DNA of 64,000 nt from Macrostomum lignano (Eukaryota): contig NIVC01000011.1 of NCBI GenBank assembly GCA_002269645.1, forward strand, positions 124,001 through 188,000, read 5' to 3'. This document shows positions 34,520 to 46,324 of the stretch, in pieces (within the stretch, counting starts at the first letter, position 1; each line of letters opens with the position of its first letter). A program made the position numbers and the translations under genes. Below the pieces are notes generated by a model that searched no databases, was not told the DNA's origin, and saw only the letters and a list, made by a program, of their open reading frames with translations.

Positions 34520-34950
34520 AGCTTAGTAAGACTTTCAATTAAAATGAATATTGAAGACTTGACAGACTTGAAGACTTGCCACCTGACAAATGAAGCCAAT
34601 GTCAATGAACTAGCAGCTAGTGCCTAGTAGTGTCTGAATTTAAATTTTAGATGACCGGATTTTCAGTTCTCGGTTCAGTTCCGAAATTTAAATTAATTCA
34701 CTCCGGATTGCCTCTAAATAGTTAGTGTATAAACAAAGTAAAAACATTTCTGCTCCAATTGCACTTAAACAGCAAATAAAAAAGCATTGCCATTGCAATA
34801 AATATTTAAATTATATTATTTTTTGATGATAGTTTTACATTTTATTGTAATTTTTTCGTCAGTCATTTTAGCGCGCATATGAAACTTATGCATTCGAAAT
34901 TCAATAAGCACATTGCTTTCGAATTGCTTGGAGAATGCCTAAGGCAAAGG

Positions 34951-35138
34951 CAGTGGCGCAACCAGGTGGGGGCGGGGGCGGTCGCCCCCCTCTTATAGGC
35001 GCGGAGACCCAAAAAATCAAAGAATCAGAGGGGGGACCAAGCGAATTTTCGCCAAAACAGAGCCACCCCTCCGACCCCTCTCCCGGGACTTTACCCTCCA
35101 GAATCCGCCCCCTCATAAAATTTCTGGTTGCACTACTG
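34951..35138. mobile_element. Small MITE-like element nested in the 2.7-kb transposon
   Basis: Ends CAGTGGCGCAACCAG ... CTGGTTGCACTACTG are imperfect inverted repeats; no clear TSD. Confidence 0.6.
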
Positions 35139-35599
35139 AACGAAAGTTTCCTTACACACCCTCTCTTCAATATAAATTTATAATTATATTATATTTCAAT
35201 ATAAAATTATAATATTTTACATATTATAATTATAATTATAATTTTAATTACATGTATATATAATAATATAATTAAAAAAGATATTTAATTTATCTGCACT
35301 TTCTTTGAAAATTTAATCTCATAAGAATAAAATATAAGCATAAAAGTCATGCTCAAATGTCTTTTGCTGAGCAAAACTGTCACTCTATAATGATGGTAAT
35401 TAATATTTACGCGTAGATGAACTTTGTTTTAGTTTTTAGTTACTCTTAAGACTAGAAAAAAAATTACCTGGGACTATATGAAGTATAATTTGTTTTAACT
35501 AATTGTTTTACTTAAATGAATAAAAAATATATACACTGTAAAAGTTAGCTCATAACAGCAACAACAACAACAAATTCTGCAGCTAGCAATCAAAGTCAC

Positions 35600-36880
35600 A
35601 GAGCAGGGTGCTTCAGATGGCGCGCCGCAGAGCCTGAGAGCGGACGAAGTCCCCCCGTTGGCAGTGTCGGGGCGCCCTGGCGTCGCGTACGTAGGAGGCA
35701 GTCCACGTATCGACGGGTTTGGGCCTGACCCCGCGCCTGAGCGGGCCATATGCAGAGTGAGCAACAGGACGTCCTGAACAGGTTGGCGTGTTGACAACCA
35801 GTCCGACGCTCAATGCCACCTTGACCAACCTGTCGATCTGGCGGGATGCCACCTTGAACGGACGAGGACAGGAGAGCGAGTTCGTCGGCGTAGCCAAGCA
35901 AATAATAATAAGGCGCTTTTCGCCGTGGCGGCGACCGATGCGTCTGCGCAGCGCAGGAAGCCGTCGTTAGTCGAGGAGACTGCGGTCCGAAGCACCCAGT
36001 GGCAGCAGCACGAAGAGAAACGGCGCCAAAGTGTCGCCATGCAGAACTCCTGATGAAGTGTCGAACTGATGATGATTTACATGTATGTAATCGCCCTACT
36101 AGTGAACCGTCTTCTCATGGGGGAAGGATCAGATCGTATGACTATGGATGGCTGCCAGCCGTCTATGACCAGACTATGACCGACAGATCGCCCTTCAGAT
36201 TGTCCCGCCCATGCATATTGATAACAATTTTTGGTAGTGCTATATTAGAGACGCGGTAAGGACCCAAATGTGCCCCATCGATAGCTAAGGTGCAAATATT
36301 GATCATCGGGTTATTGCATGACCCACTGGCTGCCACCACTCTGTGACCTGGCGAACCTGGATCTACGGTATGACCAGACCTGGCGAGGCCGGAGCCCCGC
36401 CTGGGATGGGTATCAAGGGTTGGAGCTAGCGGCGAGCAGCATGCAGCCGAATAGCTATAATAGGAATCTGCTTGGGCACAAATCGGGAACTCCGGGATCA
36501 TACAGACGGATTTTTATCAGGGGATCCTTTTAAGGCTGTGATGACATACGGTTCAGATTGCAAAAAGTACATGTAGTGTATAGAGAAAACGTAGAACAGC
36601 TATACATGTACATCTAGTTTGGATTGATCAATGGGTTCGGGCCTGGCTCCTCATATGAAAGGTTTCCTCTCCACATGGAGCACCAGACCGCTGATGTGAT
36701 GAACCACTGCTGGCCGCAGCGTGCGTCTGCGTCGTGGCATGTCAGGTCCGCTGATACGTCAGCAGACACAGTCAGCATCTCGGTCTTCAATATGCTGACA
36801 ACGCTTGAACCCACCTCTTTCTGTGCTTTCAACAGACGAGAAAAAGAGGCTGAGGTCGCCAGCGTTGCCAAACAAGCTTA
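35600..36880 (-). pseudogene. Two decayed non-LTR RT fragments inside the TIR element (~35600-35900 and ~36620-36880)
   Basis: LGYADELALLSSSV followed, after a frameshift, by IDRLVKVALSVGLVVNT; and RLLKAQKEVGSSVVSILKTEML. Both resemble the YADD...GL.VN.KT region of LINE RT. Confidence 0.5.
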
Positions 36881-36946
36881 GGTGTTTTTTGCCGCTGTGG
36901 CGAACGATGCGTCTCCACAACAGATAAAAAAAGCAGGAAGAAATCT

Positions 36947-37298
36947 CTCCATTTCAGCATTCGAGGTGTGCCACGAAGCTCACAGATGTTCAATTGAAAA
37001 GATATTTTTGGTGTAAGGTCTACTCAGATGTTATATTGCAAAAATGCTTTTAGTTTAATTTTAAAAAGATTTTCCTTGCTGTAGTATGCATTTGATTTTT
37101 TTGTAAAGTCACCATCTACGTCGTAAATTCTAAAGAAAATTCACTCCATTTCAGCATTCGAGGTGTGCCACGAAGCTCACAGATGTTCAATTGAAAAGAT
37201 ATTTTTGGTGTAAAGTCTACTCAGATGTTATATTGCAAAAATGCTTTTAGTTTAATTTTAAAAAGATTTTCCTCGCTGTAGTATGCATTTGATTTTTT
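36947..37298. repeat. ~197-bp direct tandem duplication near the right TIR
   Basis: CTCCATTTCAGCATTCGAGGTGTGCCACG... at 36947 and 37144. Confidence 0.9.
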
Positions 37299-38340
37299 GT
37301 TTATTTATTTTCGTGGAACTGAACGTGGAACTGAAAATCCGGTCATAAATTTTAGTGGTCAAATAATTCAACAAAAATAGCAGTTCAAATAAACTAAATA
37401 AATAAAGTAAATAGTTAAGCATAAAAACAAAATACTGTAAATAATTACCTGTACGCTGGATTAATGCGCTACGTAATACTTTAATAAAAGCTTAAACTGT
37501 TTTTTACTATTTATTTACAATAGATAGATAATATCTCATAAAATATCTACTCTATTTGATGCTTCACGAATAGAATTATTCTGGTTCCTGGACCAAAGCT
37601 TCCAAGTTTGAAATCTATCCAGATCAGTTAATCAACCAAAAAACAATATTAAATTAGCACAGCCACTAAAACTAGTACAGAAAAACAAGACCAATGATTG
37701 ACTGCATTTCAGTGGGATCGACGATGAAACCGCATGAGAAAGAGGGTGGAACGACGGAGCTATACTGAAGATATACATAGATAAAATATACATACAAATT
37801 AATCACTGAGCGCACCACCAGGATGTAAAACATTAGCCTCGTTATGTAATTCTTAGGTACATCGGCACACATACGTGTTTAATTACGTTCATGCATGCAA
37901 ATTGTAGTAGGTACATGTAATGGGACTTGTACTAAAGAATCAAGACCGAGTTAGTGCAGGAAATTCCATGAATTACATACATCTTACATGTATGTATAAA
38001 TGAACGTTTCAATTAACAAAGCTAGAAATGAGAGACTATATGTGGAGAAATCAGGCATGACAACCTCGCCTAGTGTAACTCCCTCCTCCATTTGGATGGT
38101 AACTATTCCAAAACCGCCGAGGAATCCCTCAAATCTGCTTTTCTCGTCATCTTTGCTGATCACAACCCGAGAGATCGGCAACTGTTTGAGCAATGCGCCA
38201 CGCAGAACTTATTTCAGCTGGCCGCCAACACCTTTTAAGCCGTTTAAAGCCCCCGCGGTATTGACAATATCGCCCCTTGTGTTCTCCAGGAAGCGGTTAA
38301 GCTGCAGAGGTTCTCTGCCTTTTTCTCTAATCTCATCATT

Positions 38341-40736
38341 GACTGTTTAATCACTGGGTACATTCCGACTATCTGGAGGACCGCTCGGGTGGTCTTCATC
38401 CCCAAGCCTGCCAAAGGCGACTATACTAATGTTAAATCGTTCCGCCCCATCCCATCAGCCTTACATCCTTCTGTATCAAGCTGATGGAGAGACTCATCTT
38501 GTGGAGGCTGCGCGACTGAGAGTTGAGGACGGCACCCATAAGTAAGCACCAATTCGCCTTCCAACCAGATAAAACTACCGAGCACGCTTTGCATGTTATT
38601 ACCTCAGCCATTGAGAAAACTATCCTGAGCAAGCAGATTGCCTGTGGGCTTTGCTGTGACATCGATGGGGCCTTCAATAACGTTTTATTTGGCTCCTTCA
38701 GTGACTCCCTTTTGCAGAAAAAGGTCCGACCCAGCATTGTGCGATGGATCGACTTTATGATCCGAAACAGAAAGGTGACTCCTCCCTCATGAATGCCACT
38801 TGCACCCATACGGTTACTAAGGGAGGAGCCCAGGGTGGGGTGCTTACCCCACTGCTCTGGAACCTCGTGATGGATGAGCTCCTGAGGCTGACGTCCCCAG
38901 CAGCATAGTCAAGGCAGGCTACGCTGATGATGTCGCTGCTATTGTCAGTGGCCCTGACACCAGCACCCTCCGAAGCTTGATGCAGCAGTTCGCCGATAAG
39001 GCGCAAGCCTGGGCTACCCGGCACGGCCTAACCATTAGCACCGCTAAGACGGTGGCCATTATCTTCACCAGGAAGCGGAAGTGGAGCATGGGGAACCTCA
39101 TCATCTATGGTAAGGACATACCCCTAGTCAAGGAAACAAAATATATAGGTGTGACGCTCACTCACGATCTGCGTTGGACCAAGCACGCTGACAATGTCAT
39201 CGGGCGCGCCAGGCGCTTCTTCACCTAGGTGAGGAGAGCCATCGGGCCTACCTGGGGGCTATCTCCCAAGACGGTCAGATGGATCTACACCGACATCATC
39301 CGACCCAGTATCATGCACCTACGCGTGTGTTATGTGGTCCAGTGAGTTGGAGTTGAAGACTGTGCGGGACCGGCTGTACCAACTGCAGGATAACATCTGC
39401 CGAGCCATCACCGGTGCGTATCCACCCACCCCTTACAAGGGGCTCAACACCATCCTCAGCATGCCTCCGCTGCATTTGTTCATTAGAGCTGAGGCGATGA
39501 AGGGCGCCACGCGTCTCATTTGTGATAAATTTATTGCTAACACGCCCTCGGGCTTCATGCCCGAGAAGATTCTCATCCCGCATCTGGACTACATCCGTTG
39601 CGATCTTCAACGCATCCACCTCAAGTTAGACGAGGTGGACTGCAAACCCCCCACTCTCATCCTCAGGAGGGGCTTCAATTGTACCCTTCCACCGAGAGGG
39701 AGCCACCCACTGGACGTGGGCATCAACCGGAGAAGCCAGGGTATTCACTGCTTCACTGACGGATCCCTGTGTGACGGTCTCGTGGGTGCGGGCATTGCCA
39801 TTTTCTACAAGGGTGAGGCGATCTTACAAGAGAGTCTTCATCTTGGTGAGAATGTCTCGGTTTTTCAATCCGAAGTTGTATCTATCAACCAGTGCGCTGA
39901 GCATTTGCACAAAGCTGGCATCAGCAGCTTTGATATTAATTTTTACTCTGACAGCCAGGCCGCTATTATAAGGCCTTGTCTTCCATCAAGCTCTCAACCA
40001 ACTCAGTTTCAAACTGCTTCAAAATCTTGCAGACCCTGGCGATTCTCAACAGGATCAATATGTTATCTGGACACCAGGTCACAGCGACATCCTCGGCAAC
40101 GAGCTTGTGGACCAGCTTGCCAAGCGGGGTTGCACCCCCGATGGAGCGCAACGCTCAGTCAAGTTACCTTCTCCGAAGTCATCAGTCAATCGCGCTTTTC
40201 GAGATTGGCTGAACCGCCAGCATCAGACTCACTGGGACAGCTGCTCCGAATACCGGCAAACACGAAAGGCCATGCCTGCCATTAACCGGAAAGTATCCGA
40301 ATATCTAATCTCCTTAAGTAAAAATTACCTGAGGGAGATGTGCATGGATCATTACTGGCCATGGCTTCTTCCAGAGACATATTTCACTGCAAAGTGGCTG
40401 CTCCCCTATCTGCCCATTCTGTGATTTAGAAGAGGAAACCTCGACGCACCACGTCACTTTCTGCCCGCACTTCAATGAGGCGCGGAGGCGTCACCTCAGT
40501 CACCCGCTATGGCTGGACGAGCTCACCACTCCGGACCGGATCCGCGACCTGCGCGCATTCGTCCGGGATTCTGGGCGGATGAAGATTGCAGACGCCACTC
40601 TCGCGAGCTCTGCTGCCGGCGAGGGACGGGCGCAGCCCCAAGGCTAACGCCTTTCTGTTTTTAGCTTGGGGTTGCAATAGGGGCCTCGCGGCCTATTCGC
40701 GGCGCTCTGCCCCCCGTCGGTAGTAAGTAAGTAAGT
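38341..40736 (+). mobile_element. 5'-truncated, decayed LINE with RT and RNase H (LOA/R1/I-group-like)
   Basis: VVFIPKPAKGDYTNVKSFRPI, HQFAFQPDKTTEHAL, DIDGAFNNV, QGGVLTPLLWNLV, GYADDV; RNase H FTDGS...FQSEV...SDSQAA...[16 protein letters not shown]; (TAAG)n tail; stops and frameshifts. Confidence 0.9.
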
Positions 40737-42162
40737 ATGGTGGAGGAATTTCTACCTAACATGTATACGATGCAATCGATCGATCGAAATGACATTCGAT
40801 TATAAATGACATACATGTACATGCATGTATGTAAATTTTGTGTACGTGGGTGTACACTGCACATGCACGTGTACATTTTAATGTACAGTACATGAACAAA
40901 GTTCTTAGATCAGCCAATAGCCAATACCTCGCAATAGCCTCTCTATATTGCACCTCATTGTTAAACTTTCATTTTTCCACTCAAGTACATATAGAACTTG
41001 GTTGTTCTATATAGTGCTTCTTCTTATAGTTTACTTGTTCCAATAAGTTAATGTACGTGTATGTACAGTACATACGTTTTCATGTATTAGTAAGGCGATG
41101 TAAAAATTATATACAAGTATATAATTTATGAGTATTTTGTTTCAGATTACATTGAATAAAAAATTGAGTATCAGTTGGGCTTGGGGCACGTGCCTAGAGA
41201 ACTTTTTTTCAAGAGAATGACATGCTAGGGAATGATATATTATACGAGTATATTTTGCCATTAAAATCGGGCACATACGTGTGCATTACATGTAATAGCG
41301 CGAGCTATTGATGGGCTCGTAAACGTACATGAAAATTTATATAGTACATTACTTGCACATCAGGTACATGTAGCTACTCCCTCTTAGCGAAAAAATACAT
41401 GATATATGTGTACATTTAAAGTGGATTTGAAAGCTAACAAGCTGTACTATGGATTATATGTACACCGAAAATTAAAAAAATAATGATAAAAAGCTTTCTT
41501 ATATTGCTCTTTCGATCATCACACTGGAAATATGCACATGTACTTGTGCGTACACTATGGCGTAACAAAAAGTTAATGTACATAAGGATTACATATGTAT
41601 TGTGCATTTGGTTGTTGCAGATATCAGGACTAATAATTTAATAATATTTTCCATGTGCAGATGATTTAGTACAACCGTTACTACATGCTTTGCAATAAAC
41701 AAAATTTACATGCACAAACTCGGCATATTCCATTAAGATTCATTTAAGCAAGCTAAAAACTATACGAGTACACTGCATCTAGCTAATATACATTACCGTA
41801 TATCATGCTAAATACATGTGCCTGTCTAGTTCTACTTCTTTAAAGCTACTGTATAATACTTTAATATAATCAACTTTTCAAGATTAACTGGACCCTATCG
41901 CTCCTCTGTACATAACTACACAGAGAGTAAAATAGAAACTGCATTTACATGTGTATGACTAATTTATGAACATCATTTACGAATCGCTAAATATTACATA
42001 GTGGGTGTTAATATAATTAGCTCTCCTAGTGAGTTAAATGGTGCTATTCTACGTGATCAAACACTATACACACGATAACCACTTCGTGCTAAATTGTAAC
42101 CACCACGCGCAAACGCGTGCTCAGGCTCAGCAGGAAGCAACCGCACTCCGATCCCGAGCCTT

Positions 42163-42897
42163 TCACACGAAGTCCTTCCTCATGAGGAACGTGAACCAGT
42201 AGGCCACATTGAACACTAGAAAGCACAGCGGATAGGCAAATACGCAGGCCTGATCGACTTTTTCCGCTTCAAACTGTCCAGCTGTTGCTCCTGATCCGTC
42301 TGGCTGCAGTTGCTGATGCTGCTGCTGATGCTGCTGCCGCTGACGGATCCTTTGAGAGACCTGGTGCTGCTGCCTCTGCGGCCTGTACCAGCTGTGATTG
42401 GCTCCGCGCCGGTGCCAAACGAAATCACCCTCATCCAAATCCACCAGGCCGCAACCTTCTTCGCCATCTTCGTCGTTCCGATTCCGACGGTTTCTAGTAG
42501 AAGCACTGACGTTGCGGATCACATTGTCAACTTCTTCGTCTGTGTCATTGTTGTCGCTGTTGTCTTCGACGTTTTGCTCTTCCGACGCGTCGAGTCGTCG
42601 CATTTCAATGCGCTGATGAAGCTGCTGCCGATTAGAATTCAGATTCCTGCCGTACCGACTGTTCGCTGGCGTCTTGTCCCGCTGTTTCTTCTTGGATCCT
42701 GAGGCCAGAAGATTCCCGCCAAGACGCATCATCTCCTTGCGCATCAGGTTGCGCAGCTCGTCCCTCAGTTGTCGCTGTTCGTGACGCCTGGCGAGCATGT
42801 TCACGACGGCGAACTCGAGCAGAGATGCGGTGACGAATGCCAGACAAGCAAATAGCCAAACGTCGATGGCTTTGATGTAGGAAACTCTTGGAAGATT
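42163..42897 (-). CDS. Cys-loop anion channel exon 4 (M3, long intracellular loop, M4)
   Basis: TTTCAG|AAT; [33 protein letters not shown] ... [22 protein letters not shown]. Confidence 0.95.
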   Translation of the reverse strand, partial: NLPRVSYIKAIDVWLFACLAFVTASLLEFAVVNMLARRHEQRQLRDELRNLMRKEMMRLGGNLLASGSKKKQRDKTPANSRYGRNLNSNRQQLHQRIEMRRLDASEEQNVEDNSDNNDTDEEVDNVIRNVSASTRNRRNRNDEDGEEGCGLVDLDEGDFVWHRRGANHSWYRPQRQQHQVSQRIRQRQQHQQQHQQLQPDGSGATAGQFEAEKVDQACVFAYPLCFLVFNVAYWFTFLMRKDFV

Positions 42898-43529
42898 CTG
42901 AAAAAAATCATTATTAGGAAGAGCTAATTACTGATGCACAGTTAATCTGTATAAAGCCATGGGAATTCGGAGTTGGGAGTTCAAGCCTGATTAGCTGAAT
43001 TCACTGTCTGGCAGTTAAGCCTGCTTAGACGCATGCATTGTTTGGATTCAATAAGTGGAAAAGCTACTTGTATAGAAAGCCTCACTTGGTTCAGTTGGTC
43101 CCAAAATGAACTACATAAGCTCTCTATTATTGGCATTTTATCCTCAATCAAGCCCATTCAGGCGTGTACAGTCACCTGCTAGCAGAATTGCTATAAACTT
43201 TCACGAGCAACTTAACAAGCACAATGCGTGCTCAACATAAATTGATAAGCTTAATACAGTTTTCTGCTCAAAAATAGAAGCTTAGTAAGCTGCGTTAGTG
43301 TCAATGATAATGATCAATTAGGTGTGTCGTATAGGTATCGGCCTATTTGCTTCGTTTGAAGCATTTTTTCGAACTTTAACTTTCAGTAAATTAGTTTCTT
43401 GAAATCGCAAAAATACTGTGCAAAGTTGGTTTAAACTCGCGATTGATACAGAGATGTCTACCAAACAATTTTAGCTTGGAGCACTGCTTCATACCTTGAC
43501 CCATGTTCTAGAGCCTGGAGGATCGCTTT

Positions 43530-43900
43530 GATCTGTGATCCCAGAGCCTACAGCACTGCTCTATACCCCAACCTGTGATCCTAGAGCCTACAGCACTGCT
43601 TCATACCCCAACCTGTGATCCAGAGCCTAAAGCACTAGCTGAGCCATACCCCAACCCTGTGATCCTAGAGCCTACAGCACTAGCTGAGCCATAACCCCAC
43701 CTGTGATCCCAGAGCCTACAGCACTAGCTGAGCCATACCCCAACCCTGTGATCCCAGAGCCTACAGCACTAGCTGAGCCATACCCCCACCTGTGATCCTA
43801 GAGCCTAAAGCACTAGCTGAGCCATACCCCAACCCTGTGATCCTAGAGCCTACAGCACTAGCTGAGCCATACCCCAACCTGTGATCCCAGAGCCTACAGC
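43530..43900. repeat. ~44-bp minisatellite (~8 copies), intronic
   Basis: Unit GTGATCCCAGAGCCTACAGCACTAGCTGAGCCATACCCCAACCT. Confidence 0.9.
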
Positions 43901-43979
43901 ATAAGGACCACCAAAAGTAGATTGCCTCATTAGTGGCTACGATTCACAATTGAATAATTCTAAAACCGCACCAGCATAC

Positions 43980-44375
43980 CTGCACCGTAGCAGCGCTCTG
44001 CGTCATGAGAGCCAGAACGGACAAGAGTCCCAGCGTAATCCTGGCTGGTACGGACTTGTAGTCAATCCAGAACGAGATCCAAGATATGGCCACGATCAGG
44101 ACAGACGGCAGATATGTATAAATTAGATAAAATCCAAACTTTCGCACCAATTTGAATTCAACAAAGAGGCAGGTAAAAGCGCCAGTAGCGTTATAGGCTT
44201 TCTGACAGCTTCCGGACCGGACTGAGGGCAGCTCGAATTCGTTGAGAATGAGCTGCTGGTTGAGCGTAACGGACTCTTTGTCGAGCATCCAAACAAATTT
44301 CAGGTCGCTGAGCGCAAATCCGTAGCTGCCAATTTCCAACGGGCACAGCTGGGTGTCCATAGGGAAATTCCACAG
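43980..44375 (-). CDS. Cys-loop anion channel exon 3 (Cys-loop second half, loop C, M1, M2)
   Basis: TTCCAG|CTG ... CAG|GTATGC; LWNFPMDTQLC, SCQKAYNATGAFTC, M2 PARITLGLLSVL carrying the anion-selective PAR motif. Confidence 0.95.
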
Positions 44376-44515
44376 CTGGAATCAAATGTCGACAGTGCTT
44401 GTGGGGTTTGTTTCGAGTGTTTTTCATATTTGGCTATCCGCATCACAAAGACACTAATACAGATCTTCGTAACTTATGAAACAGTTCGGTCCTACTGAAC
44501 ATGAACCAAACAGAG

Positions 44516-45172
44516 TATACTTTTTTTGCGATTGAATTCGTCCAAACTGCAAAACCTTTCGTCCACAAATGCTTTCTTAATGGGAGCTAAATTTAGGTCA
44601 TACCATAGACAACTGTGTTCACGCAAAACGGTTCATCCAGTTTGTAAAACATTTCGTCCCCTAGACTAGAGACCGAGTGAAATGTTCCTACCATAGTTAA
44701 CACCCAATTGATAGTTCGCTTTTGCTACCACTACAGCTACAGCAACGCATATCTTCCATTCTGAACCCGGCAAAACAGTCGAAGATGAACCGAGGCCTGG
44801 CGGATGCACATTTTGAAGAGAGAGGTCGAAGCTGCACTGCACGTGATTACACAGGAGAAGTGCCAGCAATGGACCAATCACACTGTGGGTTACTACGGCC
44901 GCTGTTTGGACTACGAAGACATTTTGAACTAACATTCTAACAAGAGACACTGTTTTTGCTTTGTTCAATATCTCGTGATATCAGATAAAGTCGCTCCGTT
45001 TAGCTGTTAGCTGTTTGGACGAAGGGTTTAGACGAAATGTTTTACAAACTGGATGAACCGTTTTGCGTGAACACAGTTGTCTATGGTATAATCTAAATTT
45101 AGCTCCCATTAAGAAAGCGTTAGTGGACGAAAGGTTTTGCAGTTTGGACGAATTCAATCGCAAAAAAGTATA
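44516..45172. mobile_element. Foldback MITE with ~145-bp TIRs and TA TSD
   Basis: 44518-44660 and ~45025-45170 are reverse complements (TACTTTTTTTGCGATTGAATTCGTCC... / ...GGACGAATTCAATCGCAAAAAAGTA), flanked by TA. Confidence 0.85.
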
Positions 45173-45345
45173 CTATTCAGAGTCAGGACGCAAACCGTCA
45201 TGCTCTGAGCATGCGGATAAGTCGCGTAAGTTAGTTACAATCGAATGTAGTGTACAGTGACCCTGACTTCCGCCGGTTAATGTTAGGGAATTATCTTGAA
45301 TGTGCACACACTCTGGCAAACTCTTTGCTCTCCTTGATTTCTTAC

Positions 45346-45676
45346 CTGCATAGGACAAGCCAATTTAACCGTCAACTTCTGCGAAAAGGTAATCAAACCG
45401 TCCTGCTGCAGCCAGATCAGATAGTTCGGCGCCGTGATCACGTGTAAAAATCCGTACTTTGCATTGCGGAAAAACAGATCCGGTATCCACAATCGATCTT
45501 TGAGATAGCTGAGGCTAAACGTGTGCTTGTAGCCTCGGAATCGAAGTCGCGGATCGCGCCACTTCTGCCTGAGCAGCAGGTCCAGGCTATAGTCCATGTC
45601 GATGACGTTAATGCTGCCGAAACTCTGCACGTGCATGTTGATCTCTACCACCGTCGGCTCGCCGCTGCCGCCGGGC
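45346..45676 (-). CDS. Cys-loop anion channel exon 2 (ligand-binding domain)
   Basis: CCGCAG|G ... CAG|GTAAGA; INMHVQSFGSINVIDMDYSLDLLLRQKWRDPRL, LWIPDLFFRNAK, KLACPMQ. Confidence 0.95.
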
Positions 45677-45786
45677 CTGCGGATTGGTGAGGGCTTCTCC
45701 GACTGCGCCACTGGCTCTCTGTGCGTCTGGACATCACTGAGGGCACCATTTTGAGACTACTTGTAAAAGATCCCGACGCGACTCAC

Positions 45787-46052
45787 CTATGATGACTCTC
45801 GTAATTCTCAAACAACAATCTGGAAATTTCCTCGACAGTATAGTTGCTATCAATAGACAGCGGTTCGGCAATGTCGGGTCCCAGGGGAACCATAGCAACC
45901 CGGTTGCTAGGCGGACGGGCAGACATGGCGTCGCGTAGTTCCGACAGTTGTCGTTTGCCAGTTGGCCTTTTGTCTGGAACGGCAGACTGGGGCAGACCAA
46001 TTGTTGCACAGGCCAGGCCAACTTGAAATAGCAGCAGATATTGCAGGAACAT
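45787..46052 (-). CDS. Cys-loop anion channel exon 1 (signal peptide); glycine-receptor/GluCl-like, 575 aa in total
   Basis: MFLQYLLLFQVGLACA signal-like start; LLFENYESHHR with AG|GTGAGT phase 2 matching exon 2. The four exons total 1728 nt. Confidence 0.85.
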
Positions 46053-46324
46053 TTCCGCAAAGGTATAAATTAAGAGTCTTAAATATTCTAAAGTTGGAAC
46101 TACTCACCGACTTTTATCGAACGCAGCTATTTATATTGGCGGCGGAAGAATTCTTGTATAGATCGAACCGCAGCCTATCAGTGAGCAGTTGAAAATACTA
46201 GCGTAGCGTTCCACCATTGGCTGTTCAATGCAACTTTTTCATGAACTTTTTCATGACTGCAAATGTTAGATTTGCAGTCTAACATATTGGAAAGCAGTTC
46301 GCCTAATAATGTACATCTTCCAAG

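Larger units (their letters stand above)
34651..37346. mobile_element. Non-autonomous TIR DNA transposon (2696 bp), 9-bp TSD, Mutator-like by TSD length
   Basis: TIRs ATGACCGGATTTTCAGTTC...GTTCAGTTCC at both ends; TSD AAATTTTAG at 34642-34650 and 37347-37355; no transposase ORF. Confidence 0.8.
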
